From a bacterium (GTDB taxonomy: Bacteria; Zhuqueibacterota; Zhuqueibacteria; Oceanimicrobiales; Oceanimicrobiaceae), in assembly GCA_046757025.1 (NCBI GenBank), contig JBHHXN010000003.1:1-64000 (forward strand): a stretch of 64,000 nt of DNA, read 5' to 3'. The position numbers and the translations under genes are program-made. The stretch's first letter is position 1. Every line of letters begins with the position of its first letter. The notes under the pieces are model-generated. The model was not told the origin of the DNA. It saw only the letters and a program-made list of their open reading frames with translations, and ran no database searches. Of the stretch, positions 26,420-37,132 are shown piece by piece.

Positions 26420-28000
26420 TCAATTTACATAGCCTGCCATGTTGCTTGCGCGAGAAAAATAACTCAGAGCAGTACGTACATGAGGATTTTCATAAAGCTC
26501 CACTTCATAGAATTCGCGACCACTCCAGAAATGCCGGGCGATTTGACTTTTTATCCGGCGTTTGATGAAATCCCGATCCTTTTCAATTTCCTCATTTTTT
26601 ATTTCTATGGCTTTGGACCGGGCTAACTGTAAAAACTTCTCGACGGTGCGCTCGTCGATCTCAAAATGATTGCGGAATTCCAGAAAGTCGTTTTTCTGGT
26701 TTTTATGTTTTGCTGCATATTTGGCGCCAAATTCAAAAAAAATCTGACCTTGAATCAGCTTTATGGAAGTGAACGTCAGTCGATTGGATTTGAGCCGAAT
26801 GTCCGGCGTGATACCGCCGCCGCCGTAAACTTTTCGCCCGCCCTGCGTGGTGAAGACCGGCTTATTCAGGGTGCTGTCCGCGATGGCGTTGGGGTCGAGC
26901 TCGTCCCACCCCTGGGCAATGTATTCATTCAGTCCATTATTGTATGGACGCTGAATTAAGCGGCCGCTGGGGGTGTAATAGCGTGCAATGGTAACCCGCA
27001 TGGCGGAACCGTCCTTTAACAGCAATTGTCGTTGCACCAGGCCTTTGCCGAAACTCGTGTTCCCCATTATCAAACCGCGATCCCAGTCCTGAATGGCACC
27101 CGCCACAATCTCCGATGCGCTTGCCGAGCCGTGATCGATCAACACAATGAGGGGAATTTTTAAATCAGCGGGGTCGGATTTGGCATCATAAAATTCATTG
27201 GCGCTGGGGATTTTCCCGATGGTATAGACGATTCTTTTACCGCTGCCTAAAAACTTGTCGACGATTTTCACAGCCTGTTCTAAATAACCGCCGGAATTAC
27301 CGCGTAAATCTAAAATGAGACGCCGCATACCTTGCGTATTTAACTGGCCTAAAGCCTGTTCAAACTCTTCACTGGTGGTGCGGGCAAATTTGCCCAGTTT
27401 GATGAGCCCGGTGCTGTCATCGACCATAAATGCGGCTATGATGCTGTACACCGGGATCACATCCCGCGTAATGGTGACTGAAAAAGGTTTGGCAATGCCG
27501 GCGCGCTGAATATCGATGGTGACTTTGGTACCTTTGCGGCCCAGCAATTTTTCACGTACCTGATCCTCGGTGAAGTTATAAGTGGATTTCCCCTCGATGC
27601 GCACGATTTTATCGCCGGGTCGCAAACCCAGGCGTTCTGAAGGCGAACCCATGATCGGCGATACCACAGTGGGATATTTATTATGAACGATGAACTCGAT
27701 GCCGATGCCTTCAAATTTGCCCTCAAACTGTTCAGTGATTTCCTGCAGCCGCTCTTTGGAAATGTACACAGAATGCGGATCCAGTTGTTCAAGCATGCCT
27801 TTGATAGCGCCATCCACCAGCTCAGAGGTCTCCACGTCCTCAACATAAAACTGCTTGACTTTTTGCAGCACTTCCATGAATCGCTGAATTTGATTGTAAA
27901 TATTCTCACTAGTGGCAAAAAGGTCATATTTAATTTCGATGACAGAAAAAACAATCGCGCAGGCGATCAAAGCGAAGATGGATTTTTTGTACTTGATCAT
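26420..28000 (-). CDS. S41 C-terminal processing peptidase (PDZ domain)
   Basis: LDPHS, GIGI PDZ loop, LDLRGNSGG, SASASEI and FGKGLVQ. Confidence 0.94.
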   Translation of the reverse strand: MIKYKKSIFALIACAIVFSVIEIKYDLFATSENIYNQIQRFMEVLQKVKQFYVEDVETSELVDGAIKGMLEQLDPHSVYISKERLQEITEQFEGKFEGIGIEFIVHNKYPTVVSPIMGSPSERLGLRPGDKIVRIEGKSTYNFTEDQVREKLLGRKGTKVTIDIQRAGIAKPFSVTITRDVIPVYSIIAAFMVDDSTGLIKLGKFARTTSEEFEQALGQLNTQGMRRLILDLRGNSGGYLEQAVKIVDKFLGSGKRIVYTIGKIPSANEFYDAKSDPADLKIPLIVLIDHGSASASEIVAGAIQDWDRGLIMGNTSFGKGLVQRQLLLKDGSAMRVTIARYYTPSGRLIQRPYNNGLNEYIAQGWDELDPNAIADSTLNKPVFTTQGGRKVYGGGGITPDIRLKSNRLTFTSIKLIQGQIFFEFGAKYAAKHKNQKNDFLEFRNHFEIDERTVEKFLQLARSKAIEIKNEEIEKDRDFIKRRIKSQIARHFWSGREFYEVELYENPHVRTALSYFSRASNMAGYVN

Positions 28001-28005
28001 GGCAT

Positions 28006-30180
28006 TTACCTTTTGAGCTCTTCAAGTGTCAATTCAATCTGGTTGGACCAGGCGCCGCCGGCTGGCAGCAGTATTTTCCAGTTTGGGAAAACCACCGAGC
28101 TTTGATAAACCCGCTCAAATCCGCTTTCCGATTGCGTGACGGTTTCGATGGGAAAGCGCCAGAGAACGTCGGCGGTTTTCAGCTTCAAACTCACACACAC
28201 ACCCAGCCATTCATCGGTTAGCAGGATTTTACCGGCATTGGTAACGGCGCCGGCGCTTCGCAAACGATTATTTTTAAGTGCGTGTCCGGGAATGGTAAAA
28301 TAGCGATCCGGAGCGTCGCCGGCCAGCAGGGCAAAATCCAATTCCGTACCAAACCAAAATGCTCTTGTTTGATTGTCTAAATTAATAATGTCGTACTGGA
28401 TAATTAGTTTCGCTTTTATTCGATCTATATGAATTTCCTTTTGTAAGCGTACTGGCGCGCTGCCGTCGGCAAATTGCACGCGTCCGTTTCTCCAAAAAGA
28501 CAGCACGGCGCTGTGCTCGTCATTTTGAAAGGAATACTCGTAGGGCGTTTCAACAAAATCGCCGAGCTCGGTGTACTCACATTTTGAGAATTGTTCCAGG
28601 GTTGTGTCTTCTGCCAGAAAATGATCCAGCAGCGAAGTTCGGCGATACCAATCATAGAACAGCCTATTTTGTAGTCCTTCTTCTTTCAGGATCACCAGGT
28701 CATGAATGCTGAGAATTTCCTCATTGTGCTCGGACATAGTCGAAGGGCGGTTTTTCAATTCAAGAAGTTTTTTATGATAACTTTCCGGCCGGCGCGTCAT
28801 GGTATCCAGAAGGTTGAGGGCAAGCGGTTTAAAATCGAGCTCAAACAGGCAGCCGCCTTTTTCAGGTGCAAAATACAGATTCATCGATTTGTTGGTGAGG
28901 ACCACTTCGTCCAAACCGTCGCTGTCATAATCGAACACCTCGCAATGGAGCCAGCCCTTCTCGAGTTCTTCGGGCGAGCGCTCCAGCGTGTCCAGAATCC
29001 TTTCCGCTTGAATAAATTCATGATAGGTAGCATAGCGCAGGTGATTCAAATACAGCCCGCCGAACACCCCATGCCAGTAGGGGCAATTGCACTGGCCCGC
29101 CCACAAATGGTTGCGTGCTTTTTGGTAATTCTCATCGCTTTTGAAGCGCGGCTCCAGCCGGGTTAAGCGTTTGCTCAGGTTGAGCATTTTTTTGTGCATG
29201 TTATTGGATTCGGGATATTTCGACATGAAATTGCGCCAGAAACCGCCGCGTACAAAGACTTTGTATTTATCGTGCAGGTCATATTTTTTCAGCTCGTCTT
29301 CAAATCGCTCGTAGGCATTGATGGCTTGCGTGGGCATGGCCCACTCCATCATTTCCCGATACGAAGCCGTGGGCAGATAAATCCGGCCCAGGGGTTTCAC
29401 CTGTTCCAGCGCTTCGGAGAAATGCACCATCTGAATCCAGTCCAGATTCTGTTCTAACGCACTGAAAAATTCATCCAGCCAGGCTTTGGTGTAGCAATGC
29501 TCGTAGGTGCCGGGCCAAACGCCAAATTTTTCCCCATCGTCAGCAAACACCACCAGGATTTGCTCCTGTTCAGCCGCAATGGATTTCAAAAACGAAATAG
29601 TCGCCTCCGGCTCCTGAAAAGGAATGGAGTAGCGCAAGGTTTCGCTGATGGGAAAGAGATAAACCGTCGCCCCTTCTTCTTCGGTGATATAATAGCCCAA
29701 TAGTTGTTCTTCCTGCAAACCCGCGCTTTTAAAATGGGAATCGTCCAGAACCACGTATTTGATGCCGGCTTTGCTGGCGGGCTTGGGAATGTGCGGCTCC
29801 CAGATTCTCTCAGCAAGCCACATACCTTCAGGATGATAGCCGGTGTTTTCCTCCACAAACTGCGTGAGCATTTGAATCTGCCCGATTTTGTCCTGCTCGG
29901 GAATCACGCCCATGATCGGTTCATAAAAACCGCCGGTCATCATTTCGATTTGCCCGGTTTGCACTAACTTTTTTAATTTTGGGAGAAATTCGGGTTTGTG
30001 CTGTTTTATCCAGTGGAATAAAATGCCGGTATAATGCTGCGCCATGCGTATTTTGGGATGTCTTTCCAGCAATTCCAAAAAAGGTAAATAGGCTTTATTG
30101 TAAGCGTCTTCAAAAACAAAATCAAAATTTCCTACCGGTTGATGGTTGTGAATTCCGAAAGCGAGGTAAACCTTTTTCAA
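28006..30180 (-). CDS. GH57 alpha-amylase / 4-alpha-glucanotransferase (DUF1925/DUF1926)
   Basis: HNHQP, GMWLAERIW, DDGEKFGVWP and YWHGVFGGLY. TTG start with GAGGAGG RBS. Confidence 0.92.
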   Translation of the reverse strand: MKKVYLAFGIHNHQPVGNFDFVFEDAYNKAYLPFLELLERHPKIRMAQHYTGILFHWIKQHKPEFLPKLKKLVQTGQIEMMTGGFYEPIMGVIPEQDKIGQIQMLTQFVEENTGYHPEGMWLAERIWEPHIPKPASKAGIKYVVLDDSHFKSAGLQEEQLLGYYITEEEGATVYLFPISETLRYSIPFQEPEATISFLKSIAAEQEQILVVFADDGEKFGVWPGTYEHCYTKAWLDEFFSALEQNLDWIQMVHFSEALEQVKPLGRIYLPTASYREMMEWAMPTQAINAYERFEDELKKYDLHDKYKVFVRGGFWRNFMSKYPESNNMHKKMLNLSKRLTRLEPRFKSDENYQKARNHLWAGQCNCPYWHGVFGGLYLNHLRYATYHEFIQAERILDTLERSPEELEKGWLHCEVFDYDSDGLDEVVLTNKSMNLYFAPEKGGCLFELDFKPLALNLLDTMTRRPESYHKKLLELKNRPSTMSEHNEEILSIHDLVILKEEGLQNRLFYDWYRRTSLLDHFLAEDTTLEQFSKCEYTELGDFVETPYEYSFQNDEHSAVLSFWRNGRVQFADGSAPVRLQKEIHIDRIKAKLIIQYDIINLDNQTRAFWFGTELDFALLAGDAPDRYFTIPGHALKNNRLRSAGAVTNAGKILLTDEWLGVCVSLKLKTADVLWRFPIETVTQSESGFERVYQSSVVFPNWKILLPAGGAWSNQIELTLEELKR

Positions 30181-30482
30181 TCCAACTCCTCCTCAAAACG
30201 TAACTGATGTACGACTATTTAATGATTCACCAAACTTGGCGAGTCTTGACTTCTCAACGCGGAATGAGAAACACCCTGCGGTTATCCACTTAGATCAGCA
30301 AACTTACAGAATGATCATTCTGTGCGATCCCGCACGGCGGGATTCTTCAGGATGACGTTTTCTGAGTAATTTGGATAACCTTAGAAACACCGTTCAATTA
30401 ATTCAGTAAAAATTGTGAAATGATATTTTGAGCTTAACTAAAATTTCCATTCTCTCAAAGGGAGATGCACGTATTGAGTATC

Positions 30483-30650
30483 TGAACGAAAACTCGAGAA
30501 ATCCACGATTTCAGAACCTTTTCGCGAAAGCGTCTCTTCGACAAGGCTCAGGACAGGCCTTTCGACAAAGTTCAGGACCGCCCTGCCGGGCCAAGCAGGA
30601 ATTCACCCTCGGTCAGGAGGCCTTCGGGAAGATTGGGTCGTTTTCGTTCA
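30483..30650 (+). mobile_element. MITE-like element, family B, copy 1
   Basis: TIR TGAACGAAAAC/GTTTTCGTTCA. The body aligns with the reverse complement of 39909-40052. Confidence 0.75.
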
Positions 30651-30667
30651 ATTACTATTTAAGTTCT

Positions 30668-31594
30668 TTATAAATCCAGGCCAAATGAAAGCCGGTGCGT
30701 ATTGCCAATATCGGCACCAAACGGTGTGAAACCGTAATTCAAGTGATAATTTTTGAAATGGAATCCCAGGCCGCCCGCTAGGCTTTTCTCATCAAAACCA
30801 GTCTGATAGCCAATTCGAAAAGCCATTATCTTTTTGAGCTGCAGTTCCAGGCCGAAATTGCCTCTCAAGCCGGAGTCGTTGCTGAATTGCTTGACGCCGT
30901 CGGCTGTCAGGAGAAGGCCACCAGCGACAGCGGTCAATTCAATAAAATACGCCGCCCCCACACGCAGAGTGGAAGGCAATTCGATGCTTTCATTGCGCAG
31001 CTTGCCCATGGAACCGATGTTTTGTGCGACCACGGCCAACTTCAACGGATTCTGAAAGGGTTGCACCAGCAGACCCAAATCCAGAGCAAAGCCGGAAGCG
31101 CTGTCCAGATAGATTTTTTCATACAAATATTTCACGGTGATGCCGCCCGTGAAAACAGAGCTGAGGCCGCGGCCGTAAGACAGCCCCAGGGCGAGGTCGT
31201 TGGCATCCACCGTCCCCGCCGGCTCATCCGAAGGAATGATTCTTCTTTGGATGCCGCTCACATGGTTGGAATTCAGACTTAATGCAACCGAACCCTTCAG
31301 CAAGGGAAATGCGAACGCGAAATATTCGCTGGTCACATCCTGAATCCACTCGGTGTGAGTGAATCCCAGTTGCGCGTTCTTGAGGTTGGCCAGTCCGGCG
31401 GGATTCCAGTAGGCAGCAAAAACTTCGTCGGCCACCGCGGTGTACGCTTCCCCCAGGCCGGCGGCCCGGCCACCGACGCCTAATTTGAGGAATGACAAAC
31501 CCGAGGTGTTACGGCTGCGGCTTTGTCCAAAACAAAAGCCCTGGAACAACACCAGGAATACCAAGCTTCGAATAATTAACTGACCCTTTCGCAA
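30668..31594 (-). CDS. PorV/PorQ family outer-membrane beta-barrel
   Basis: FLKLGVGGRAAGLGEAYTA..YWNPAGLA..FTHTEW and terminal THRLSFGLDL. Confidence 0.9.
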   Translation of the reverse strand: MRKGQLIIRSLVFLVLFQGFCFGQSRSRNTSGLSFLKLGVGGRAAGLGEAYTAVADEVFAAYWNPAGLANLKNAQLGFTHTEWIQDVTSEYFAFAFPLLKGSVALSLNSNHVSGIQRRIIPSDEPAGTVDANDLALGLSYGRGLSSVFTGGITVKYLYEKIYLDSASGFALDLGLLVQPFQNPLKLAVVAQNIGSMGKLRNESIELPSTLRVGAAYFIELTAVAGGLLLTADGVKQFSNDSGLRGNFGLELQLKKIMAFRIGYQTGFDEKSLAGGLGFHFKNYHLNYGFTPFGADIGNTHRLSFGLDL

Positions 31595-31856
31595 TTTATA
31601 AACTCCTTTTCGAAATCATGATTAAACTTCTGCAAAACGAAATTGCAAAACCTGAATATCTCCTAACGCAGCTTATGGTTAAAACCAAATTCTATTTTCC
31701 ACGCAAAGCCGCGAAGCTCGCAAAGGTTGTAAATATAATTGTTCTTTTCTATGCCAACTCGGCTGCATCGCATGAGATTGTTAAAAGCTTTGCCCAATAA
31801 AACAAAGTTTCAGAGCGGATTCCAGTTCCAAATATCGGTACTGTGTTAAAGCTATT

Positions 31857-32002
31857 AACGCGGAGGCGCGAAGGACGCAGAGGTTCGCAGAGTTTTTGAT
31901 TTCAATAAGCAAGAAGCATTTTGACCATTCCAAGCGATCAGACTTATTGTTATATTTAGATTATTTCTTCTTTCTCTGGGCTCCTCGGCGTGCTCTGCGT
32001 TT
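31857..32002. repeat. Inverted CGCAGAG-type ~9-mer repeats
   Basis: aacgcggag..gacgcagaggttcgcagag pairs with ctctgggctcctcggcgtgctctgcgtt. A related cgcaaag series occurs near 31700. Confidence 0.5.
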
Positions 32003-32068
32003 CATAAGCTTTGCAACGGGTTCAGGTTTCAGCCTGCTTCAACTTAAATGAAAAACTTAATTCAATAA

Positions 32069-33088
32069 TTAAAATTGAAACACCCAGGAAAAAATGTGCT
32101 CGCCTTCCGGCCGGTCGCCAGGCGAGGCATAGGCGTAGTTGATCTGCGACATTTTCCCCAGTATGCCAAAATGATATCCGGCGCCGGCGGTGAACGAGCC
32201 GTCGTCAAAACCCGCGCGAAGTACGTATTTTTGTTCTAAAATTTCTTCCGCCCCGATGTGAATGCGGCTGTCTAGTTGCTTGCTGTCTTCAAAATCCAGG
32301 GCCAGAGTCAAGCCGTTTACCTTCGGCACTTTCACGGCCACGCCCGCGCGTACCACGGTAGGAAATTTGTTGATGACCTGGGAGTTGTTTTCGCCAAACA
32401 AATCTTCACTGTTCCAGGTATATTTGGAATTCAGATCGCGGATGGTAATCCCAAAGGTCAACCACTCTTTCGGACGCAGCAGGGCCCCCAGATCAAAACC
32501 CACACCGGTAGCGGAGATGGTTTCATCATTTATCCCGAGACCGGGAAAACGGTTCCACAGAACTTTTACCGATAATCCAACCGCGACTAACTGAGTTGGA
32601 TTGAGAGCAAATGAAAAAATAAAGGCGTTTTCTGAGTTGGAGAGGTCGCCAAAATGTTGACCATCGCTATCCCTACCGTCGATGTTTCCAACGCCAGCAT
32701 GAATCCAGGAAAGCGCAAATCCGCCGTCCAGCTCGGCTTTGCTACGGTTTTCCCCTTTCGGCTTGCCGGGATGGATGGGCACACCCAAACCCACAAACGC
32801 AAACTGTCGATCCAAAGATAACGCCCGGTAGGATGCCATCACTTCTTTGTGCTGAAGAAATGGCAAGCCGGCCGGATTGTAATAGCTCATTTCAATGCCG
32901 GCAGAAAGCGCGGTGAAAGCGTTGCCCATGGCTTTTGCCCTGGCGCCCACTCCCATGCGTAAAAAGGCGCCGGCCCGTCCGCCCTGCGCCAGCAGTGTAT
33001 CATTCATAGTCAGAAAAAGACCACCGGCCAAAAAGGCAATAATCCAATTCAATTTCCACAGAGGCCATGTTTGCTTACCAATTGTCAA
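32069..33088 (-). CDS. PorV/PorQ family outer-membrane beta-barrel
   Basis: FLRMGVGARAKAMGNAFTA..YYNPAGL and terminal HIFSWVFQF. Confidence 0.88.
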   Translation of the reverse strand: MTIGKQTWPLWKLNWIIAFLAGGLFLTMNDTLLAQGGRAGAFLRMGVGARAKAMGNAFTALSAGIEMSYYNPAGLPFLQHKEVMASYRALSLDRQFAFVGLGVPIHPGKPKGENRSKAELDGGFALSWIHAGVGNIDGRDSDGQHFGDLSNSENAFIFSFALNPTQLVAVGLSVKVLWNRFPGLGINDETISATGVGFDLGALLRPKEWLTFGITIRDLNSKYTWNSEDLFGENNSQVINKFPTVVRAGVAVKVPKVNGLTLALDFEDSKQLDSRIHIGAEEILEQKYVLRAGFDDGSFTAGAGYHFGILGKMSQINYAYASPGDRPEGEHIFSWVFQF

Positions 33089-33100
33089 AAGTCGGTTCCT

Positions 33101-34585
33101 TTATTTTATCACGATTAATTTGCCCCAGAAAACACCATCGTCTTCTAATTCCAGACGGTAGAAGTAAACACCGTTATCCACGTGGCGGCCGTCAACGCTG
33201 CGACCGTTCCAGATTTCGTAAAAATCTCCGCTCCCGGACCGCGGCACATCTTCCACCACCGTTTTGACCAGCTGCATGGCAAAGTCGAAAATCTTCAAAG
33301 TCACGTGGGTTGAGTTTCGGGTGTTGTACTGAAATCGCACGTGCCCGTCACCGCCCAATTGATTGTGTACTGCCGGCGAAAACGGATTGGGATATGCGTA
33401 CGTCCTCGGTTCCCCTTCCACACCCGTGGGCGCGAACACCTGAAATATTTCCCAGGTCAGACCGTCGTTGAACGTTTTGGCTAAACCGTTGCGCGTTCCC
33501 ACCCATAAAAGGTGGCCCGCGCTGACCGCCACTGAGAACGTTTCTTCAGCCAGAATACGCCGGGTAGCGGTCGGATTGACGATGGCTGGAAACCGCGCCC
33601 AGGTGTGTCCGCCGTCCAGGGATTTGAATAAGCCCTCGTCGGAAGCGGCGTACACCACAGAATCGTCGAAAGCCAGATTGTGTATGGTTTTGCCAGCCAG
33701 TCCGGTTTGCCAGCTAAAACCCTGGTCTTCGCTCCAGGACACCCCGCGGAATTCGGTAGAATCTTCTGATTCGGAGGTGGTTTCCCTTGATGCCACCCAG
33801 ATGATATCTTTATCGGCATAGCGCTGGTTGGCAATGGCCACCACAAAATTTCCCGACAAGGGCTTGGATTGATTTTGATGATTGAAGTTGGTCCAGGTCA
33901 CGCCGCCATCGGTGGAGCGATTCACCCCCAGCGCCGTGCCCACCCAGAGGACGCCATCTACCGACAGCGCGGCAAAGGCGCGATGATTGAGTCGGTCCAG
34001 CGGATCGAAATTGAAAGAGTCGGGGGTGACGATTTCCCACGATTGCCCGAGGTTGTCAGACTTTCGCAGCCCCCCGCCAAAACTGGTAATCCAGATTTCA
34101 TCGCCTCTCAGGGCGATATCAAACGTGATGTTTTGCACATTGGTGGCGCCCGGTTGCGGTACGAAATTCCAGTTGGCGCCGTCATTCAGCGAATAGGCTA
34201 GTCCTCCGCCCGCCTGAAAACGACCGAATTCGGTGGTGGTATCGAAACCCGTGGCCACCCAGATGACGTTGTCAGAAACCGCCAAGGCCGAAATCCCGCC
34301 TTTGCCCAGCCCTTGGTCCCGGCCAAAGGATTCAAAGGAAAGGCCTTGGTCCCGGGTGCGGCTCAGTCCGTCGCCAGTGCCAAACCAGACCGTATTGTCA
34401 AACACCAGAATATCCGTAATTGAATTACTGGCCAGACCGCTCTCTGCCTGCGATTGCATGCGAAAAGCATCTTTTCGTAGAATTTGTGCCAGGGATTGCT
34501 CCCCGATTGAAAATAAAAACAGGGCTATGAAAAATCGGACCTTAAATTTTGTTCGCATGGGCTGTTTTGTGGGATTCCTTTTCAC
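33101..34585 (-). CDS. BNR/Asp-box beta-propeller protein with T9SS/FlgD Ig-like C-terminal domain
   Basis: Repeated S.D.G.TW boxes and VWFGT/LWVGT blades. C-terminus YAYPNPFSP..IFD..WNG..NGVYFY..KLIVIK. Confidence 0.88.
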   Translation of the reverse strand: MKRNPTKQPMRTKFKVRFFIALFLFSIGEQSLAQILRKDAFRMQSQAESGLASNSITDILVFDNTVWFGTGDGLSRTRDQGLSFESFGRDQGLGKGGISALAVSDNVIWVATGFDTTTEFGRFQAGGGLAYSLNDGANWNFVPQPGATNVQNITFDIALRGDEIWITSFGGGLRKSDNLGQSWEIVTPDSFNFDPLDRLNHRAFAALSVDGVLWVGTALGVNRSTDGGVTWTNFNHQNQSKPLSGNFVVAIANQRYADKDIIWVASRETTSESEDSTEFRGVSWSEDQGFSWQTGLAGKTIHNLAFDDSVVYAASDEGLFKSLDGGHTWARFPAIVNPTATRRILAEETFSVAVSAGHLLWVGTRNGLAKTFNDGLTWEIFQVFAPTGVEGEPRTYAYPNPFSPAVHNQLGGDGHVRFQYNTRNSTHVTLKIFDFAMQLVKTVVEDVPRSGSGDFYEIWNGRSVDGRHVDNGVYFYRLELEDDGVFWGKLIVIK

Positions 34586-34713
34586 TCGTACAATTAGGAG
34601 CCATGAAAGTTAGTTGCTGGAAAAAGTTTGATATGCAAGTATGATCAGTGTCCATTTTCTGATTTTTTCTGGCTGTTATATTCATTTCTAAATGCCGCAT
34701 CCCGATTCTCGAT

Positions 34714-35916
34714 TCAATCGATCACGGTCATGATGTGCTCAATTTCATCGCTCAGTAATCCGGACTTGTCCCGAGCTTGAAAGATAAATCGAAAGTTGCC
34801 ACGCTGCACCGGCGGCGTGGCCGAAGCCGAGGGCAGAAAAATCGTCAGGCTGTATGTACCGTCGCCGCGCTCCGCATCGCCCCCCGTACCGTTGTCGGAC
34901 AAATTAAACGGACTCTGACTGGACTCTTTGCCGTCTGGCAGAAAACTGCGGAAGCGCACGAAGTCGATATCCGAAAGCCCCTGAGGGTCTGAAACGTCCA
35001 CCGTAATGAGAATTTCCGTGGTGTTGGTGGCATGAATTTTCACGGTATCCGGCGCCACAACATTGAAAATCACTGGATTTTGTGGATGTAAAAACCGGCC
35101 ATTTACTCGAGCGACCTTGCCGGTACTGCGATTGGCTGATTTATCCGTCGCGAAGAAACGGAAAAAGTAATCTGCGGCAACTTGAATAATATCTGAGCTC
35201 AAAATGGCGGTAAATGTGCCATCTCCTGCCTTCCTATCTCCATCCAGACCGTTATCGCGCAGGGTGTCCTCTCTGGTGGGCACCGGATACGACGGCGGGA
35301 AAAATTGATAAAGAACGTGTTGAATATCGTTTAGTCCCTCTGTGTCGAAAACGGTGACGGATATTTGAAACTGGTAAGAGGAGTCCACATACACAATGGT
35401 GGGTAACTGTACCTGAACGATTTCGGGTGGCGTATTTTCCGTTCCCTGCATCACGTTGATCATCTTCTGCAGCGTGTCGCTGTGGTTGCCGCTTTTGTCC
35501 ACCGCGGTGGCTTGAACATTGAAAAAACCGGTATCATTTTGGGCAAAACTGCCGTCTATCTGTGCAACAAACACGCCGTCTCCCGGGATGATGTCGCCGT
35601 TTTTGCCGTCGTCCAGCAGACGGCCTTCGGCGGAAGGAGCCGCGCCCTCCGCTTTACTGATGACGTAACTGACGATTTCGATGTCCGCGACCCCCTGCGG
35701 ATCTTCCACTTTCACGGAAAGAAGATGTTTTCGAAGCGAGGCGTTGTACACGACTTCTGGCACCACAAAATCGACAATTTTGGGTTCGAACTCCGTTGGC
35801 GTCTGCAGCGGGTTATCCTCGCTGCAGTTCCAGAAAAAGAACAAGACGATCAGACTAAAAACGTAATATTTCTTGCGGATACTTTTTATGCCGGCAATAA
35901 AAAAACTCAAGCTCAT
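34714..35916 (-). CDS. Lipoprotein with three choice-of-anchor X-like Ig repeats
   Basis: Lipobox FFWNC and three L.D.G..GD...GDG.[FY] motifs, each preceded by V.D..G..DI. Confidence 0.8.
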   Translation of the reverse strand: MSLSFFIAGIKSIRKKYYVFSLIVLFFFWNCSEDNPLQTPTEFEPKIVDFVVPEVVYNASLRKHLLSVKVEDPQGVADIEIVSYVISKAEGAAPSAEGRLLDDGKNGDIIPGDGVFVAQIDGSFAQNDTGFFNVQATAVDKSGNHSDTLQKMINVMQGTENTPPEIVQVQLPTIVYVDSSYQFQISVTVFDTEGLNDIQHVLYQFFPPSYPVPTREDTLRDNGLDGDRKAGDGTFTAILSSDIIQVAADYFFRFFATDKSANRSTGKVARVNGRFLHPQNPVIFNVVAPDTVKIHATNTTEILITVDVSDPQGLSDIDFVRFRSFLPDGKESSQSPFNLSDNGTGGDAERGDGTYSLTIFLPSASATPPVQRGNFRFIFQARDKSGLLSDEIEHIMTVID

Positions 35917-36082
35917 GCGATATTTTAATTTAATATTTTGAATTCGTTAATAAACAACCACTTTAAACGAAGAAATCTCGACAGAAGATTTGGAGGTAAA
36001 GATTTTTCGCCGTGGAGTGTATCCGGAGCCACGTTGCAGAATTCCTCCCATCGACAACAATTGTGCGTAGCCTTCAAACACC

Positions 36083-36739
36083 TTATCTTACGGTTGAAAA
36101 AATTTCTTGCCACTTGTCTTTTAATTCAGCAACATTGTTAAAAAAATAATCTGCGCCCTTCAGGTGGTGTCGGCTCAAAGTCGTGGTCAGGGCCACGACT
36201 TTCATGCCGGCGCTGCAAGCGGCCTGAATCCCCAGCGGTGCGTTTTCCACCACCAGACAATTCGCGGGCTTTACCCGCAATTTCTGCGCGGCTTTTAAAT
36301 AGGGTTCCGGGGCCGGTTTTCCGTTGCAAGTTTCATCCCCCGTAATGATCACATCGAATAACGAAACCACGTTCGGACATAAAATCGCCCGAACATTTGC
36401 AAGGGTCGAACCCGTAACCAGTCCGAGTTGCAGTCCGTGCTCTTGCAATCGTCGCAATAATTCTTCAGCGCCATTTTCAATTTTAGCGCGGGTAATTTCC
36501 CGATAACGATCTTGTTTTTCGGCAACGAAGCGATTTAATTCGGTTTCCGATATCGGCTTTTGCCGCTCATTGAATATTTTACCAGCCAAATCGATGGATT
36601 TGCTGCCTTCGGTTAAAAGGATGTCTTCCGGTTGGATTTCGATATCAAATTCGCGGTAAACGTCCTGCCAGGCTTGCACGTGAAAAGACATGCTGTCCAC
36701 CAGCACGCCGTCGAAATCAAACAAGACTGCTTTTATCAA
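36083..36739 (-). CDS. HAD family phosphatase (beta-PGM-like)
   Basis: FDFDGVLVDS, GKPAPEPY and VENAPLG. Confidence 0.9.
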   Translation of the reverse strand: MIKAVLFDFDGVLVDSMSFHVQAWQDVYREFDIEIQPEDILLTEGSKSIDLAGKIFNERQKPISETELNRFVAEKQDRYREITRAKIENGAEELLRRLQEHGLQLGLVTGSTLANVRAILCPNVVSLFDVIITGDETCNGKPAPEPYLKAAQKLRVKPANCLVVENAPLGIQAACSAGMKVVALTTTLSRHHLKGADYFFNNVAELKDKWQEIFSTVR

Positions 36740-37132
36740 AGATAACCCTCTAAATTAGCAAAGGCACAATATAGGATATTTCAAAAGCATTTTCAAGGTT
36801 TATTTTGCTCAAATTACGCCATAATTCGTCGAACTAACCCGGTAGTCTGATTGATTCTGATGCGAGGAATTGAGACACTTCGGGTTTCGAGTTTGAAGTT
36901 TCAGGTTTAAAGATGCGGCAGATGTCATCAGCAAGAGAACTGTAGGCCATTTATGATTCTCAATTTTCCATGTCAACTCCAGAATCGGTGTTCCCTCACT
37001 AATTCAGCTCAGCGGTATCCCCAAAATAGTTCTGTTCCGCCTAAAAACCTCTTGCCAGCGCCAGCCATTCGGCACTCTGACCGGGCCTGACCCACCGAAC
37101 TCAGTGACCATCAGACCGGGATTCGTGGCGAC

